Shown: one piece after another, positions 50,481-62,870 of the stretch
Layout: the number at the start of each line of letters is the position of its first letter
Numbering within the stretch: the stretch's first letter is position 1
Assembly: GCA_024137785.1 (NCBI GenBank)
Contig: JAHRHZ010000061.1
Coordinates: forward strand, 1,762,066-1,826,065
Reading direction: 5' to 3'
DNA length: 64,000 nt
Source of the DNA: Ginglymostoma cirratum
Lineage: Eukaryota
Position numbers and translations under genes: made by a program
Notes under the pieces: generated by a model
Databases searched by the model: none
The model's input: only the letters and a program-made list of their open reading frames with translations
What the model was told of the DNA's origin: nothing

Positions 50481-53400
50481 ATGCCATTTGCTGGAAATGA
50501 CTGATGTAGGGAACATAAGGAACAAAGTAGGTTCTCCGCTCAGAACAATAAGTGGTGGCATGCCCTGCAGATGCAGACTGCACCCACCCGACACAATGAG
50601 ATATGCTACACTCTGATAACAAAGACCATGTCTCCATCATTCATTCTGCTTTAACTTCAGCATGAGCACCGACTTGAAGAAGCTAACAGACCAGCTGAGT
50701 AACTGACATATGGCATCAAAAAGGATGTTTTTTTGTAACATTTCAGCTTATACTCATTTGGGCATTTCACAAGAATGCTAATTAAAGGGAAGAACTAACA
50801 TTAATGTTTTGTGAGAGGAGAGTGCCGTTTGTTTGACACGTGGACTCTGGTTTAGAGAGATATTGCTGTGGAGTATGCACCAATTAATGATCATTGACTG
50901 TTAACTGCCAGGTTTTGTTTAAGTTTTAAACAGGTCAGATTGACAGTGATTAGTCAAATTATTCTCCTGAGAAATGAGGCAGCAAAAAGCTGTCAACTAT
51001 GTTGAGTTAAAATAGACAGTGAGTATGCATGTTCCTTCTATCTGCAAACAACAGGGCCTTGCCTATTACTATATTTAGCTTTGAATACACACCATTGCAC
51101 CATGCTGTGAGCTGAACTGACAATGCAAAAATGGTTGTCAATATAATACATTGCACATTCAAAGACTATCCTCTTGTACTGTGTAAATGATAGTTTTCCT
51201 CTTGCATTGGTAATCCTGCAAATTGTCCTGATGGATGTATGACTAAAGCTTCCACAAAATTTGTCTTTTGTCAGCATTTCTCAGGTTCTGTACTACAAAA
51301 TGACCAAATTCTGTAGCTGTTATATAGCACTTTTGCTTTATTAATTCATGCAGTTGGCACTCTTTCATTGTTTAAGCTACCATTCCATAGTGTGCAGCTT
51401 TCACTTAGACTATAGCGCAAAACTAAATCCACTCCTAGATTCATCTGGGTAAGAAAGCTGTAAGAAGTACTCTAAATGCATTAATATATTCTTTAATTTG
51501 ATTTAATATCATTCCATCACCAAATATAAAATTAGGTATTAGTATTTGTTCCAGACTCTGTTCCTCTCTTTGGCAATTGTATTGAGGTAATGCAACCTTT
51601 ATACTCTTTTTAATTCTAAATCCAAGTTGCCAGTGGCATTTTCTCATCATCATAACGCGTGCTTGTTTCCACCTCTGAAACATCGACTAACCCCAGCTTT
51701 ACAACAGCACATCTGCAGCTGAAATATCCTTCATGTCTTATTGATCCACTCTAGATTTGATTATTCCAATAGGCCAGCCTCTCATTCTAACTTTCAAATC
51801 TCCACTATCACTTACCAAGGTGAACACATCAATTACTGTGTCCGTATTGAATTACATTTGTCACCAAAACACTCCCCAGTCTCTTCAACTTACTTCTTAC
51901 TTTCATATTTCAATATCTCCAAATTGCAGTTTTTATCCCTATAACATCTTCCAACCCTGTAAAATTCCTTCCATACTCCTCATTCCTCTGATAGTGGACT
52001 CTTGTTCATCCCTATCCCCCAATCTATTGGAAACAAGTTCTGGAATTTCTTAAATCCTTCTCTTTATTGATTGTCCACTTCTTCTTTCAGACCTTTCTTA
52101 AGATCCACATTTTAGACCATATGCCTTGTCACTTCTTTAGATTGGCGCTTGTTGCCATTTGAAATGCTCTTGCATTTTTGTTTGTTGTTGAAGACTTGTT
52201 TTTATTGATTCACAAGGTCTCCACAGGAAAGTTCAGTACAAATTGTTCATAAGTGATGAATGTTTGTTCATTGTTGCTGTAATGGATGTGCAACCCAGCC
52301 TCCTGAAAATCAGTCTTAAAAAAATAATGGCTTTAAGAAATATGTGTGTAAAAAAGAAACTGGGATCTTGACACCGGGTATCACATTAAAATAATTTTCC
52401 CTGTAGAATTTCCCCACGAATTAAATTGAAGATATCGCTTGATTCTTTGTCATTGTAGCTAGTTCAATTTTTCTTTTGGTTTCACTTCCTGCTCAATAAT
52501 TATATTTTACATCATAGCAGCATCTGGCAGTAGATCTTGTTCGTCCTGTTTGTCTGGTATCTGATCCCAAGTTGCATGAGGTAAAATTGTAGGAAAATCA
52601 TGTTTAAAGAATCTGTCAAGGTGCTAGGTGTAAATTTAACATGTAAACCTATAAAGATATGCGAAGCATTCCACTCTCTCCAGGTGTGATTGGAGGCCTC
52701 CTTTTATTTTAGACCCATCATCTGATCAATACTGCTTCATTTTTCTCTTTCCTCTGTGTCTACTTTTTGGGACTTAATACTTTAGTGCTCCCACTTAAGA
52801 GAAAATGAAATAGGTCTGCTCCTCAGTCCACTTATCTCTTACTAGGAATGTGACAGCTCTCAATAAAAACAGATTTAGACAGGGAATGGACAATCAGAGA
52901 CAAATCTAAGACTGGAGATTCAGATAACTTGAGTTGGTGACTGGTCTCAACGACCCACACCTTTTATGAATTACCAGGAAGATTGGGGAACCTATTGTTC
53001 TTTGGCCCTTTAACAATTTCATGTTTTGCCCAATCAGAAATTATTTGACAACCAATCAGCACCCTTCTCAGTCATAATATAAGTTGTTATGATTATTTGA
53101 AGTTCGGCATCCTTACATTTGTCCTAATGAGTGCAAAGTGAAAACAAGACGCGGTGACATTTAGCAGTATGCTTCTCTATTCAGCAATATCCAGATGTGT
53201 TTGTCATATAATTCAAACCTAATTCAGGAATAGATAAATATCATAAGGTGGAGGCAAATACTGGTGAAGGCTTGTAAACCAAATAATATCAAAAATGATT
53301 CCAGCAATGATATTCATTTCGTACAAGCGAGCAAAAAATTTCATTCAGCCTGGTTCCTTTCAAAGATTCCTCTTCCCTTTCCTCTTCTTCAGATCACTCA

Positions 53401-53796
53401 ACAACACCAAGGACAATGGCAACCTAAAGATCTGAAGAAGAGGATGTTTACTTTGGTCTTCCATCCTTTTTCAGAGGGAACTGGGTTCAAATGCAGCACA
53501 GACTTATCAGCAGACGGGCTTTCCCAATCTGTCTCAAATTCAAAATGCTCAAATTCAAAATGAATTTAGTGAATTCAAAATAAGTTAATAATCTCTACAC
53601 AGCTCCAAGAGGGTTCAACTATGTAGTTCACGACTGTCCATGCTCTGATCAAAATTGTAAAAGCAGCAGCAAGAAATTACTGTTTTTTTAAACCTGGAAC
53701 AAGCATATTACAAAACACAGGTGCATTAGCTGAATCAAATGTATAATATAACATTTCAAGCTTTGATCTGTAACCATAAAATTATTGATAACTTAC

Positions 53797-54108
53797 CTAT
53801 TCTTAGAATGTAGGTGAATACTTGCATTGCATCTTTGGTGCTGATTTCACAGGTATATTCTCCTGATCTATTTGAAGTTACATCATGCAGTACAAGGGAT
53901 GAAAGTTTCTGAGTGTTTGGCATTTCTGATTCAGTGGTTGAACAATTTGTATGTACAGTGCCTTGCTGTTGAACTGATTCACAGATTTTCATTAAAGGAG
54001 AGGTTTCCGTCTTCCTAAACCTCCATGTAATTGTGATATTTTGATCGAAATTGAAGAAATCGTCACAAGTAATTATAATGGTTTTGCTCTCGGTTGTGTT
54101 TAATCTGC
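53797..54108 (-). CDS. HHLA2: HHLA2-like membrane-proximal IgV exon
   Basis: tttttaag/gtaagt boundaries, phase 1-1, 312 nt open. IIITCDDFFNFDQNITITWRF...SLVLHDVTSNRSGEYTCEIST resembles recalled human SCQPVNDYFSPNQDFKVTWSR...DSGEYLCNISS. Confidence 0.85.
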
Positions 54109-54469
54109 CTTAAAAAAACCAAACATGATGTCATTTGACTTTTTCCTATTTTGTGTATTCCAAAAACTGAAGAATTTGTTGTGTAATGATTGTGATTAAT
54201 TGTGCCACAACAATAGGGCAGTTCTTGCCTGCATATACGCAGATACAATTAACGTGATGCAAGAGTTGCAATCTTATACCTGTATACTGCACTGTAAAAA
54301 GAAATTCAGACAAATGGGATTGCAAACTATTCACAAATTAAAAGAGGAAAAGGTAACAAGAAAATAGCACAATTCTAGCAACAATAATTGGTTCCCTCAG
54401 TGATAAAGTCAGAAGCCTTCCAATAAGGTGTGGGCCAAGGATATATGGGCAACAGTTCCGAACATCTTT

Positions 54470-54855
54470 CTTTAAATGTATTCTTTCATGGGATGTGGGC
54501 AGCCCTAACAAGGCCGGTATTTTTTGCCTATTCTTAATGGCACTTGAGCTGAGTGACTTGCTGCACCATTTCAAAGTCAACCACATTGCTGTGCATCTAG
54601 AGTCAGATTGGTGGGACCAGGTAAGGCTGCCAGAATTTCTTCCCTTTTGGGAGCCATTTGTGATTTTCTTTTCACCACAATTGATTATAGTTTCATTGTC
54701 ATCATTCCTAAGAACTGACTTTCAATTCCAGACTGATTGTTTAAATTTAAGTTCCACCAACTGCTTTGGTGAGATTTGAGCCTGTGTCCCAGAATATTAA
54801 TTTGGCCTGAGGATTACTAGGACCAATGCCATCATCACTAAACCACTGTCTCCTC
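54470..54855 (-). mobile_element. SINE family B
   Basis: Similar to 6700..7045. Confidence 0.75.
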
Positions 54856-56720
54856 AAGGTCTCCCTTTTAAACTGCATCGTTGTAAAACATTCAGAAAAC
54901 AAGGGAAAGAGGGATAAATTCTAAATGTGGCAAAATGGCTGATCTTCTCAATCGAAAACATACCATGTCCAACTCAAATAAAACTAATCTGTTTGGCTTC
55001 AAACAATTTAGATGTTGTAGATGTGTGCTGTATATCGATATTGGAACATGCCCAAAACATGTTAGGAAGTAAACCTACTGCTATGGGCCTTAAAGGCCTC
55101 CAGGAACTTAAAGACACACTGATACCTTGAAAATTCATCAATATGTCTGATAGCAGTGCAGGAAACTTGGGAGTCCTCTGTATTAAGGAAGATAGTATTA
55201 TATCTTGCTGTAGGATATGAATCCAATGGAGGATGTACTATATATTTCTCTATTTAGATGATGTGGAGAATATTATAGGAAGTGACGAAGTCAACAAATA
55301 ACAAGAGGAAAAGAAGGCATTGCACGGGTGTTCCAGCCACTTTATATTCTTTGACACCTCAAATTCAGCATTGAACTTAGATGAGGCAACAGGAGCTGAA
55401 GTATTAAAATGCATAGACCAGCTGTCGTATTTATGTAATGCTTAAAAAAAACCCAATACTACTAGTGTTATAAACCTAATAAAAAAAGCAGAAAACACTG
55501 AACTGACACAGTAAATCATTCAATGTCTGTAAAGAGACAAGGCAGTTTAATAGTATTTTCAGTGTGACAAATGCTTTCACACTCCAATTGGACAATTTTA
55601 ATCTAGGTCTCCTGTTGGGAAACTGATTGAATCAGGTACCAAGCATGTTTTACATCCCATCAGTTAACGGATAGTATTGTCTGCCTGGATCTACATTCAG
55701 CGGATCCTAATGGCATTCCATTAGGCAAGGTATGATAAATTTTTTTGTTTCTCTATTTGCTTTGTTCCTTTATGACATGCAACTAGAACTTAGATGAAGC
55801 GCATAGGTGTGGAACTAAAGTCACAAACCACGGGCTTCAGTTTCTTACGGTGTAACAATTGAAAATTAAGTGAAAAATGATAAAATGCAGAGGATGATTG
55901 GTCTCAAGGTAAGGCTTTCCACTGTTATTCAATCCACCATTATTTATCCTCCAAAGTGAAAGAATTGAAAGCCATCGATCAGCATATGCAGACGTGGAAA
56001 ATCCTAGCCAATCGGCCAGGTGTCCAGACTGTCTTTATTACACAGGAGCGCTTCTGTTGTGATCATCCACAATACTGGCTGATGGTTTGGGGTGGGAGTA
56101 ATGATGGAAGGGTGATCTGCACCTTGGATTGCTCTGCTTTTAAACTAAGGCTTTGTTAGTCCCAATCCTCTTTACCATTAATTCAATTGGCCATCTCTAT
56201 CAGCTTTATGCTACCAGGAATCTGGATGTAGACTTGGCAAAGTAATTGCAATTCTTTCTTCACACTAAGTGCATTATTAATGTATAGAGTGTTGCTCTGT
56301 CTTGATCTCCTTCCCAGACTCTTCAAAACAAACTAAAATAAAACAAAATAATAAATACAAACTAAAATACTTCAACGCCTTCCTCCCGAGTTAAAGTATC
56401 TTCATTTTAACTTGACTTGAACAAAACAAAATCACTTTATTACTTCTCCATAAACTGACTTGGTATTTTGGATAACATAATACAAAGCACAAGATGTTTC
56501 TTCAAATTTGACCCCAGGCATATAGGAAAAAAATGTCTACCAGCATCTTCACCTATTTTGACAAAACGAAGAGTATGAACCACAGAAAATAATGCAAATA
56601 CAGGTGCTGCTTAGCCATCAACATGTATCCAATTCGAATACTACAACAATTCTGTAATATTTTATATGCTTGTGAAATAAGGTTTGTGAGTATTTTTAAG
56701 GATTATTTATCAATTGTTAC

Positions 56721-57014
56721 CTTTCATTTTCCAGGTTGCATTCCATGACTGCTGTGTTGGTTCATTCTTGATATTACATTTGTAGGTCATGTCTGATGTT
56801 TGATTAATCTTCAACATGCTCTTAACATTGAAAAGACCTTGTGGATCAGTAGTCACTTCCAAATTTGCATTTTGACTTAAGTCATTCTCATTAGCATCTT
56901 GCCATACCAATAATGGTTTTGGATAAACACCAAATGCAGAACACGCAATATTGATTACATCAGTTGTGTTAGATAGCATATTTGGGGGATCTAATGTTGC
57001 ACTCTTCCAATGAG
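56721..57014 (-). CDS. HHLA2: HHLA2-like IgC exon (B7 C-set)
   Basis: tttcag/gtaaca boundaries, phase 1-1, 294 nt. CSAFGVYPKPLLVW...YKCNIKNEPTQQSWNATWKMK resembles human CSVLSVYPRPIITW...YECTIENSLLKQTWTGRWTMK. CIP2A synteny supports the call. Confidence 0.88.
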
Positions 57015-57239
57015 CTGAAAAGAAACAGTAAATCATCGATTCCATATTAATACAGCTTAATGTAAATTTAATTGGAGTAAAAATCTGGACAAATATAAAA
57101 TTGTCTGCTGATTTCACTATTGCACACTATAAATTATATCATAAAGCTAAAATACCATGACTTCTGAGAGAATTTATGTGCAAATAAATAATTGTATGCA
57201 AGATTGATATAAAGTACTATATTAACCTGTAAAAACAAG

Positions 57240-58800
57240 GTATTTTCCAAGTCATTTCATAAAGTGCTGAAACAACAGACTTGTGAGCAAAGTTAGAACT
57301 CATGGAATGAAAGGGAGAATGGCAACATGGATTTAAAATTCATTGACTGACAAGAAACAAAGTGTAGTAGTGATCAGAGATNNNNNNNNNNNNNNNNNNN
57401 NNNNNNNNNNNNNNNNNNNNNNNNNNNNNNNNNNNNNNNNNNNNNNNNNNNNNNNNNNNNNNNNNNNNNNNNNNNNNNNNNNNNNNNNNNNNNNNNNNNN
57501 NNNNNNNNNNNNNNNNNNNNNNNNNNNNNNNNNNNNNNNNNNNNNNNNNNNNNNNNNNNNNNNNNNNNNNNNNNNNNNNNNNNNNNNNNNNNNNNNNNNN
57601 NNNNNNNNNNNNNNNNNNNNNNNNNNNNNNNNNNNNNNNNNNNNNNNNNNNNNNNNNNNNNNNNNNNNNNNNNNNNNNNNNNNNNNNNNNNNNNNNNNNN
57701 NNNNNNNNNNNNNNNNNNNNNNNNNNNNNNNNNNNNNNNNNNNNNNNNNNNNNNNNNNNNNNNNNNNNNNNNNNNNNNNNNTCTGATGCTGCTTGGCCTG
57801 TAGTAGAGATCATTTATTTTTAGACACAGGGAAAATTTATAGTGGAGTTTCCCTTAGATCCATGTTCCAGATATGTATTAATAACTTAGGTCTTGACATG
57901 CAGGGCACAATTTCAAAAGTTGTAGGTGTTACAACACTTGGAAATATTGTGATCTATGAGACGGGCGATGTGGATGGGCTGGTGGAATGGACAGATAAGT
58001 GACAGATGAAATTTAATGCAGGGAAGGGTGAAGTGATCCATTTTGGGAGGAAGAATGAAGAGAGACCGCATTAAATAAAGTGCACAATTCTAAAGGAAGA
58101 GAGGAACAGAACGTATATGTGTACAAGTCATTAAAGGTGACAGGAGGAATTGAGAGCATGGTTAATAATGCAAGCAGCACCCTGGGTTTTATCAATGTGG
58201 GCATTGAAAAGAAAAGCAAAGAAATTGTGTTAAATTTGTTTTGAAAACCACTGTAGCCCCAGTTGGAGCATTAGATTCAGCTTGTAACACCATACTTAGG
58301 AAGGATGCAAAATCATTAAATTGCACAGAGAAAGATTCACAGGAATGGAGGCAGGGATGAGGAACTTAAGTTACGTAGAAAGTACAGAGAAGTTAGAGCT
58401 GTTTTCCTGGGAGAAGAGAAGATGGAGAGGAAGTTTGATATAGAGTTACTAAAATCACGATGTGTCTTAACAGAGTAGATACAGAGAGAATTTGTTCCAT
58501 TAATGGTAGGATTGAGAATCAGAACTCATAGATTTAAGGTAACTCATGAATAAAGCAATAATGACATGAAGAAAACCTCTTTCACAAAGTGACTGATTAA
58601 GATATGAAATGCACTGTTTGAGGATGTGGTGGAGGTTTGGTCAAATAAAACTTTCAAGCATGAATTAGGTCATTCGCTCAAGGGGAAAGTCTTTACAGAG
58701 CTATGGGGAGAAGTCAGGGAAGTGGCAATGGGTGAACTGCTTCTTCAGAGATTCAGCATGGACACAATGGGCTGAATAGAATCATTTTGGTGTAACTGTT
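57240..58800 (+). mobile_element. Degraded CR1 LINE fragment spanning the assembly gap
   Basis: RT C-terminal remnants on both sides of the gap and a CR1 tail near 58770. Confidence 0.75.
57382..57781. other. Assembly gap (400 N)
   Basis: Run of N. Confidence 1.
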
Positions 58801-59214
58801 TTACAACATGTATGGATAACAGAAACTAAGATAAAACAAGAGAATAGTAGGGGCATTCCAAAGTTTACTTGAAGTGATGGATTTGAAAGAGGTTTTCATA
58901 GAAAGACTGTTATGTGGTAAACCACAAGGGTTTAGAGAGTGAAAACTACCCAACATTTTTTAATGTTTCCCAATACATTATGCACTGAAAGAATATGTAG
59001 TATTGCTAAATATAAGTAAATATGTTGTCAATATTTATCTGGAAATCTCCAATTCTGAACAAAATTTCAACAATGCAAAACAAATCTGAGTCATGACGAC
59101 AGTCAAAACAATTTACCTGTAATGTTGTTTTGAAGTATTAGGTTACCAAAAACTTAACAATCAAATGTAACAATGATTCAAAGTTTCCTCTGCATTACCG
59201 TGTGCAAATTAGTA

Positions 59215-59530
59215 TCTCTACAGTACAGAAAGAGACTATTTGGCCCATTGGATTGGCACCAAACCTCTGAAGTGCATCTCACCTTGACCCAGTCCCCACC
59301 CTATTCCCATATTTCTCACAGCTAATCCATCTAAATCCACACATCCCTGGACACTACAGGGCAATTTATCATGGTCAACCCAGATAACCTGCACATTTTT
59401 GGACTGTGGGAGGAAACCCATGCAGACACGGGCAGAATGTGCAAACTCCACACAGATAGACACCCAAGGCTGGAATCAAACCCAGGTTGCTGGTGCTGTG
59501 AGGCAGCAGTGCTAATCACTGAGCTGCCAT
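59215..59530 (-). mobile_element. HE1-like V-SINE
   Basis: Same head and V-domain as 44406..44750. Confidence 0.88.
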
Positions 59531-59539
59531 GGCAAGTTA

Positions 59540-60915
59540 TATAGGAACATGGGGCTAAGAATGGGCCATTCAATCTGCCAAGACCACTGTACCATTCATT
59601 CACTTTGACACCTTTTACTCACATTATCTCTATAACCCTTTATGTCAATTTCATTTAGAAACCTCCATTCTCTGCTATAAACATACTCAATGATTGAGCT
59701 TCCATAGCCCTCTCAGGTAGAGACTTCAAAAGATTTGCAACCCTCTGTGTAAAGAAAATTCTTCTCATTTCAGTCCCAAGTGGATCCCCCTTATTTTGAA
59801 ATTGTGTACCCTAGGTCAAGACTCCCTAGCTAGGAGAACCATACTACCTGCGTCTATCCTTATGTCTCTTTAAGTGTTTAATTTGTTTCAATGAGATCAC
59901 CTCTCATTCTTCAAAATTCTAAAGAATACAGAGACAACAGTGTAGAGTTGGAGAATCACAGCAGGTCAGGCAACATCAGAAGAGTAGGAAAGTCAACATT
60001 TCAGATCGGGACCCTTCTTCAGAACTGAAACATTGACTTTCCTGCTCCTCTGATGGTGCCTGGCCTGCTGTGTTCCTCCAGCTCTACACTGTGTTGTCTC
60101 TGACCCCAGCATCTGCAGTTCTTGCTATCTTTAAACAATACAGGCCCAGTCTCTCCAATCTCTCTTCATAGGAGAATCCCACTATCCTGGGAACAAGTCT
60201 GGTGAACCTTCAGTACACTCACTCTATATGGTAATATCTTTCCCATGATAATGAGAAAAGAAAGGATGCATAGGCTGGGACTTCTTTCAGAGGAGCATAG
60301 GAGGTTGAGAGCTGACCTTATAGAATTTTATAAAATCATGAGGGGTATAGATGGGGTTAATGGTAGTTGTCTTTTCCCAAGGTTGGAGGATTTTAAAACT
60401 AAGAGGCACATTCATAAGGCGAGAGGAGAGAGATTTAAAATAGACATGAGGGACAAATTTTTTACACAGGAAGGTTCATGTGTGGAATGAATTTCCTGAG
60501 GAAGTGATGGATGTAGGTACAATGACAATGTTTAAAAGACATTTTGATTGGTACATGAATAGGAAATATTTGGAAGGATGTGGGCCAGGAGCAGGCAGGT
60601 GGGACTAGTTTAGTTTGGGATTAAGTTCGGCCATGGACTGGTTGGACAGAAGGGTCTGTTTCTGTGCTGTATGATTCTATGACTTGATGAGAGCAAAGCA
60701 GCAACATGTAACACCAGCACAATCTAACAAAGGTTCCATACAATTGAAGCAAGACTTTGTTACTTCTGTACTCAATCCTTTAGCATTAAAGGCTAATCTA
60801 CCATTTACCTTTTACCAATTGCTTCCTGCACTTCCATGTAAGCCTTCAGAGAATTATTGACAAGGACATCTGGGTTCCTTTGTATTTCTACACTGTTGTA
60901 ATGCTTACCATTTAA
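59540..60915 (-). mobile_element. CR1 3' fragment with nested mini-Penelope (59931..60133) and a + strand CR1 tail (~60250..60690)
   Basis: CR1 tail motifs on both strands; RRLRADLIEFYKIMRGID. Confidence 0.8.
59931..60133. mobile_element. Fold-back mini-Penelope insert with minus-strand hammerhead
   Basis: Minus strand reads agtt-CTGAAGA-A-GGGTC-ccGATCT-GAAA-TGTT; inverted arms; aatacag repeated at the flanks. Confidence 0.82.
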
Positions 60916-60919
60916 GAAA

Positions 60920-62870
60920 CTCTTCCTCTTACAAAAGTAAAAGAAAAGACATAGAACATGGAAAAATAAGCCAAAGGATAAGGAACTTAGATCCCTTAAG
61001 GAACAAAGCTGGGGAAATAATAATGGTGAAACAGGAAATGGCAGAAGAGTTGAATAAATATTTTGGTAGAAGACACAAGTAGCATTCCAAAATTGCTACA
61101 TTATCAAATTCAAAAACTCTCATAAGAAAAAAAATACTATTGAAGTTAAAGGCCAATAAATCCCTGTATCTAATGGTTTGCATATTAGGATATTAAAGGA
61201 AGTAGCTACAGAGATGGTGGATTCACTGATAGTAATCTTTCAAGGAATCTTAGATTATAGAAAACTCATGGAAGATTGGAAAGCTGTTAATGTAACACCC
61301 TTATTCAAAAAGGAAAGGAGACAAAAACAGGAAGCTACAGTCCAGCTAGTTTATCTTATGTGAAAGGGAATATATTAGAATCTATCACAAAGGTTTTATT
61401 AGCAAAGCATTTAGAAACATATAAAATAAATCAAGCAGAGTCAACAGGACTTTGTGACAGGGAGTTCATTCTTGACAACTCTATTAGAATTCTTTGAGAA
61501 GGAAAAAAGCAGAATAGATATTAGGGAGGCAGTAGATACAATATTTTTAGATTCCCAAAAGGCGTTCGATAAGGTACCACACATTAGGCTACTTCATAAG
61601 AAAAGAACCCACGGTGTTGGAGGTAATACATCAGCATGGATAGAGGATCGGATAGCTAATAGAAGACAGAGATTTTGTGATAAGGGGTGGCATTTTCAGG
61701 ATGGCAACCTTTAACTAGTGAAGTACCACAAGGATCATTGCTGGAACCATAATTACTTATAATATGTATTAATGACTTGGAAGAGGAATGTGAATACACC
61801 ATTGGCAAATTTGTGAAAGATACAAAGAACAGGTAGGAAGGCAAGTGGTGAGGATGAATCTACAGAGGGCTATAGACAGATGGTAAGTGGGCGAACCCTT
61901 GGCAGATGGAATATAATATGGGAAAATATCAGGTTATGCGACTTGGCAAGAAAAGTAGAGGAGCTGAATATTATGTCAATAGAAAAAAAGACTGCATAAA
62001 GCTGCAGTTCAGAGGGATTTGGGCACCTTTCTGCATAAATGAGTAAATCTAAGTTGAGCAGATAAAAGCACAGCAGGCCAGGCAGCATCTGGAGGAAAAG
62101 AGAAGTCAACGTTTCCAGTATTACCCATCTTTAGGACTGGATGTGGGGTTAGGGGGGAGCTGCAGATAAAAAGAGGGAGGGGGGCAGAGGGGTAGCGGAA
62201 TGATGGTAATAAGTAGACACCAGTAGTAAGTACAACAGTAGGTTGGTCTGGATTCATCCCTGCCATCAACCCACCACATCGTACCTACTACTGGTGTCCA
62301 CCTATCACCACCAATCCGCTACCCCACTACCCTCTCTCTTTATCTGCAGCTCCCCTTACCCCCACATCCCGTCCTGTAGAAGGGTAAGACCTGAAACATT
62401 GACTTCTCTTTTCTTCCAGGTAATGTCTGGCCTGCTGTGTTCTTCCAGCCTCCTGTTTGTCTACCTTGTATCTGCAGGAGCTTAGAAGAGGAACAGGCAG
62501 CCTGATTAAAATATATAAGATATATAAAATCTTGACAGGGCAGCTGTGGAGACAATGTTTTCTTTCATAGGATAATGTAGAACTAGGAGTCACTATTTAA
62601 AAATAAGCAGCTGCCCGTTTAAAACACAGATTGGGTGAAAGTTTTTCCCTCAGAGGGACATGAGTCTTTGAAACCCAGTTCCTAAAATGATGGTGGAAAC
62701 AGAGACTTTGAATATTCTGAAGACAGAGGGGGATAGATTCTTGGTAAGCTAGGAGTGGAAATATTAACAGGGTAGGAATGTGGATTTGAGTTTACAGTCA
62801 GATCAGCCATGATCTTATTAAATGGCAGAGCAGGTTTGAGGGGCCAAATGGCCTATTCCATGTGTCTGTG
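60920..62870 (+). mobile_element. Degraded CR1 LINE RT, with a fold-back Penelope insert at ~62060..62478
   Basis: EDWKAVNVTPLFKK and FLDSQKAFDKVPH motifs; inverted pLTR arms of about 170 bp. Confidence 0.85.

Noticed and set aside
52507-52560. Minus-strand IPDKQDEQDLLPDAAMM* as a cytoplasmic exon
   Set aside because: It lies upstream of the TM exon in transcript order, is phase-incompatible and has a weak acceptor.
53357-53432. Minus-strand LPLSLVLLSDLKKRKGKRNL* as the HHLA2 TM exon
   Set aside because: Wrong phase for the IgV donor and too short a hydrophobic run; 44921..45057 fits much better.
57340-57813. 147-157 aa ORFs spanning the gap
   Set aside because: Artefacts of the N run.
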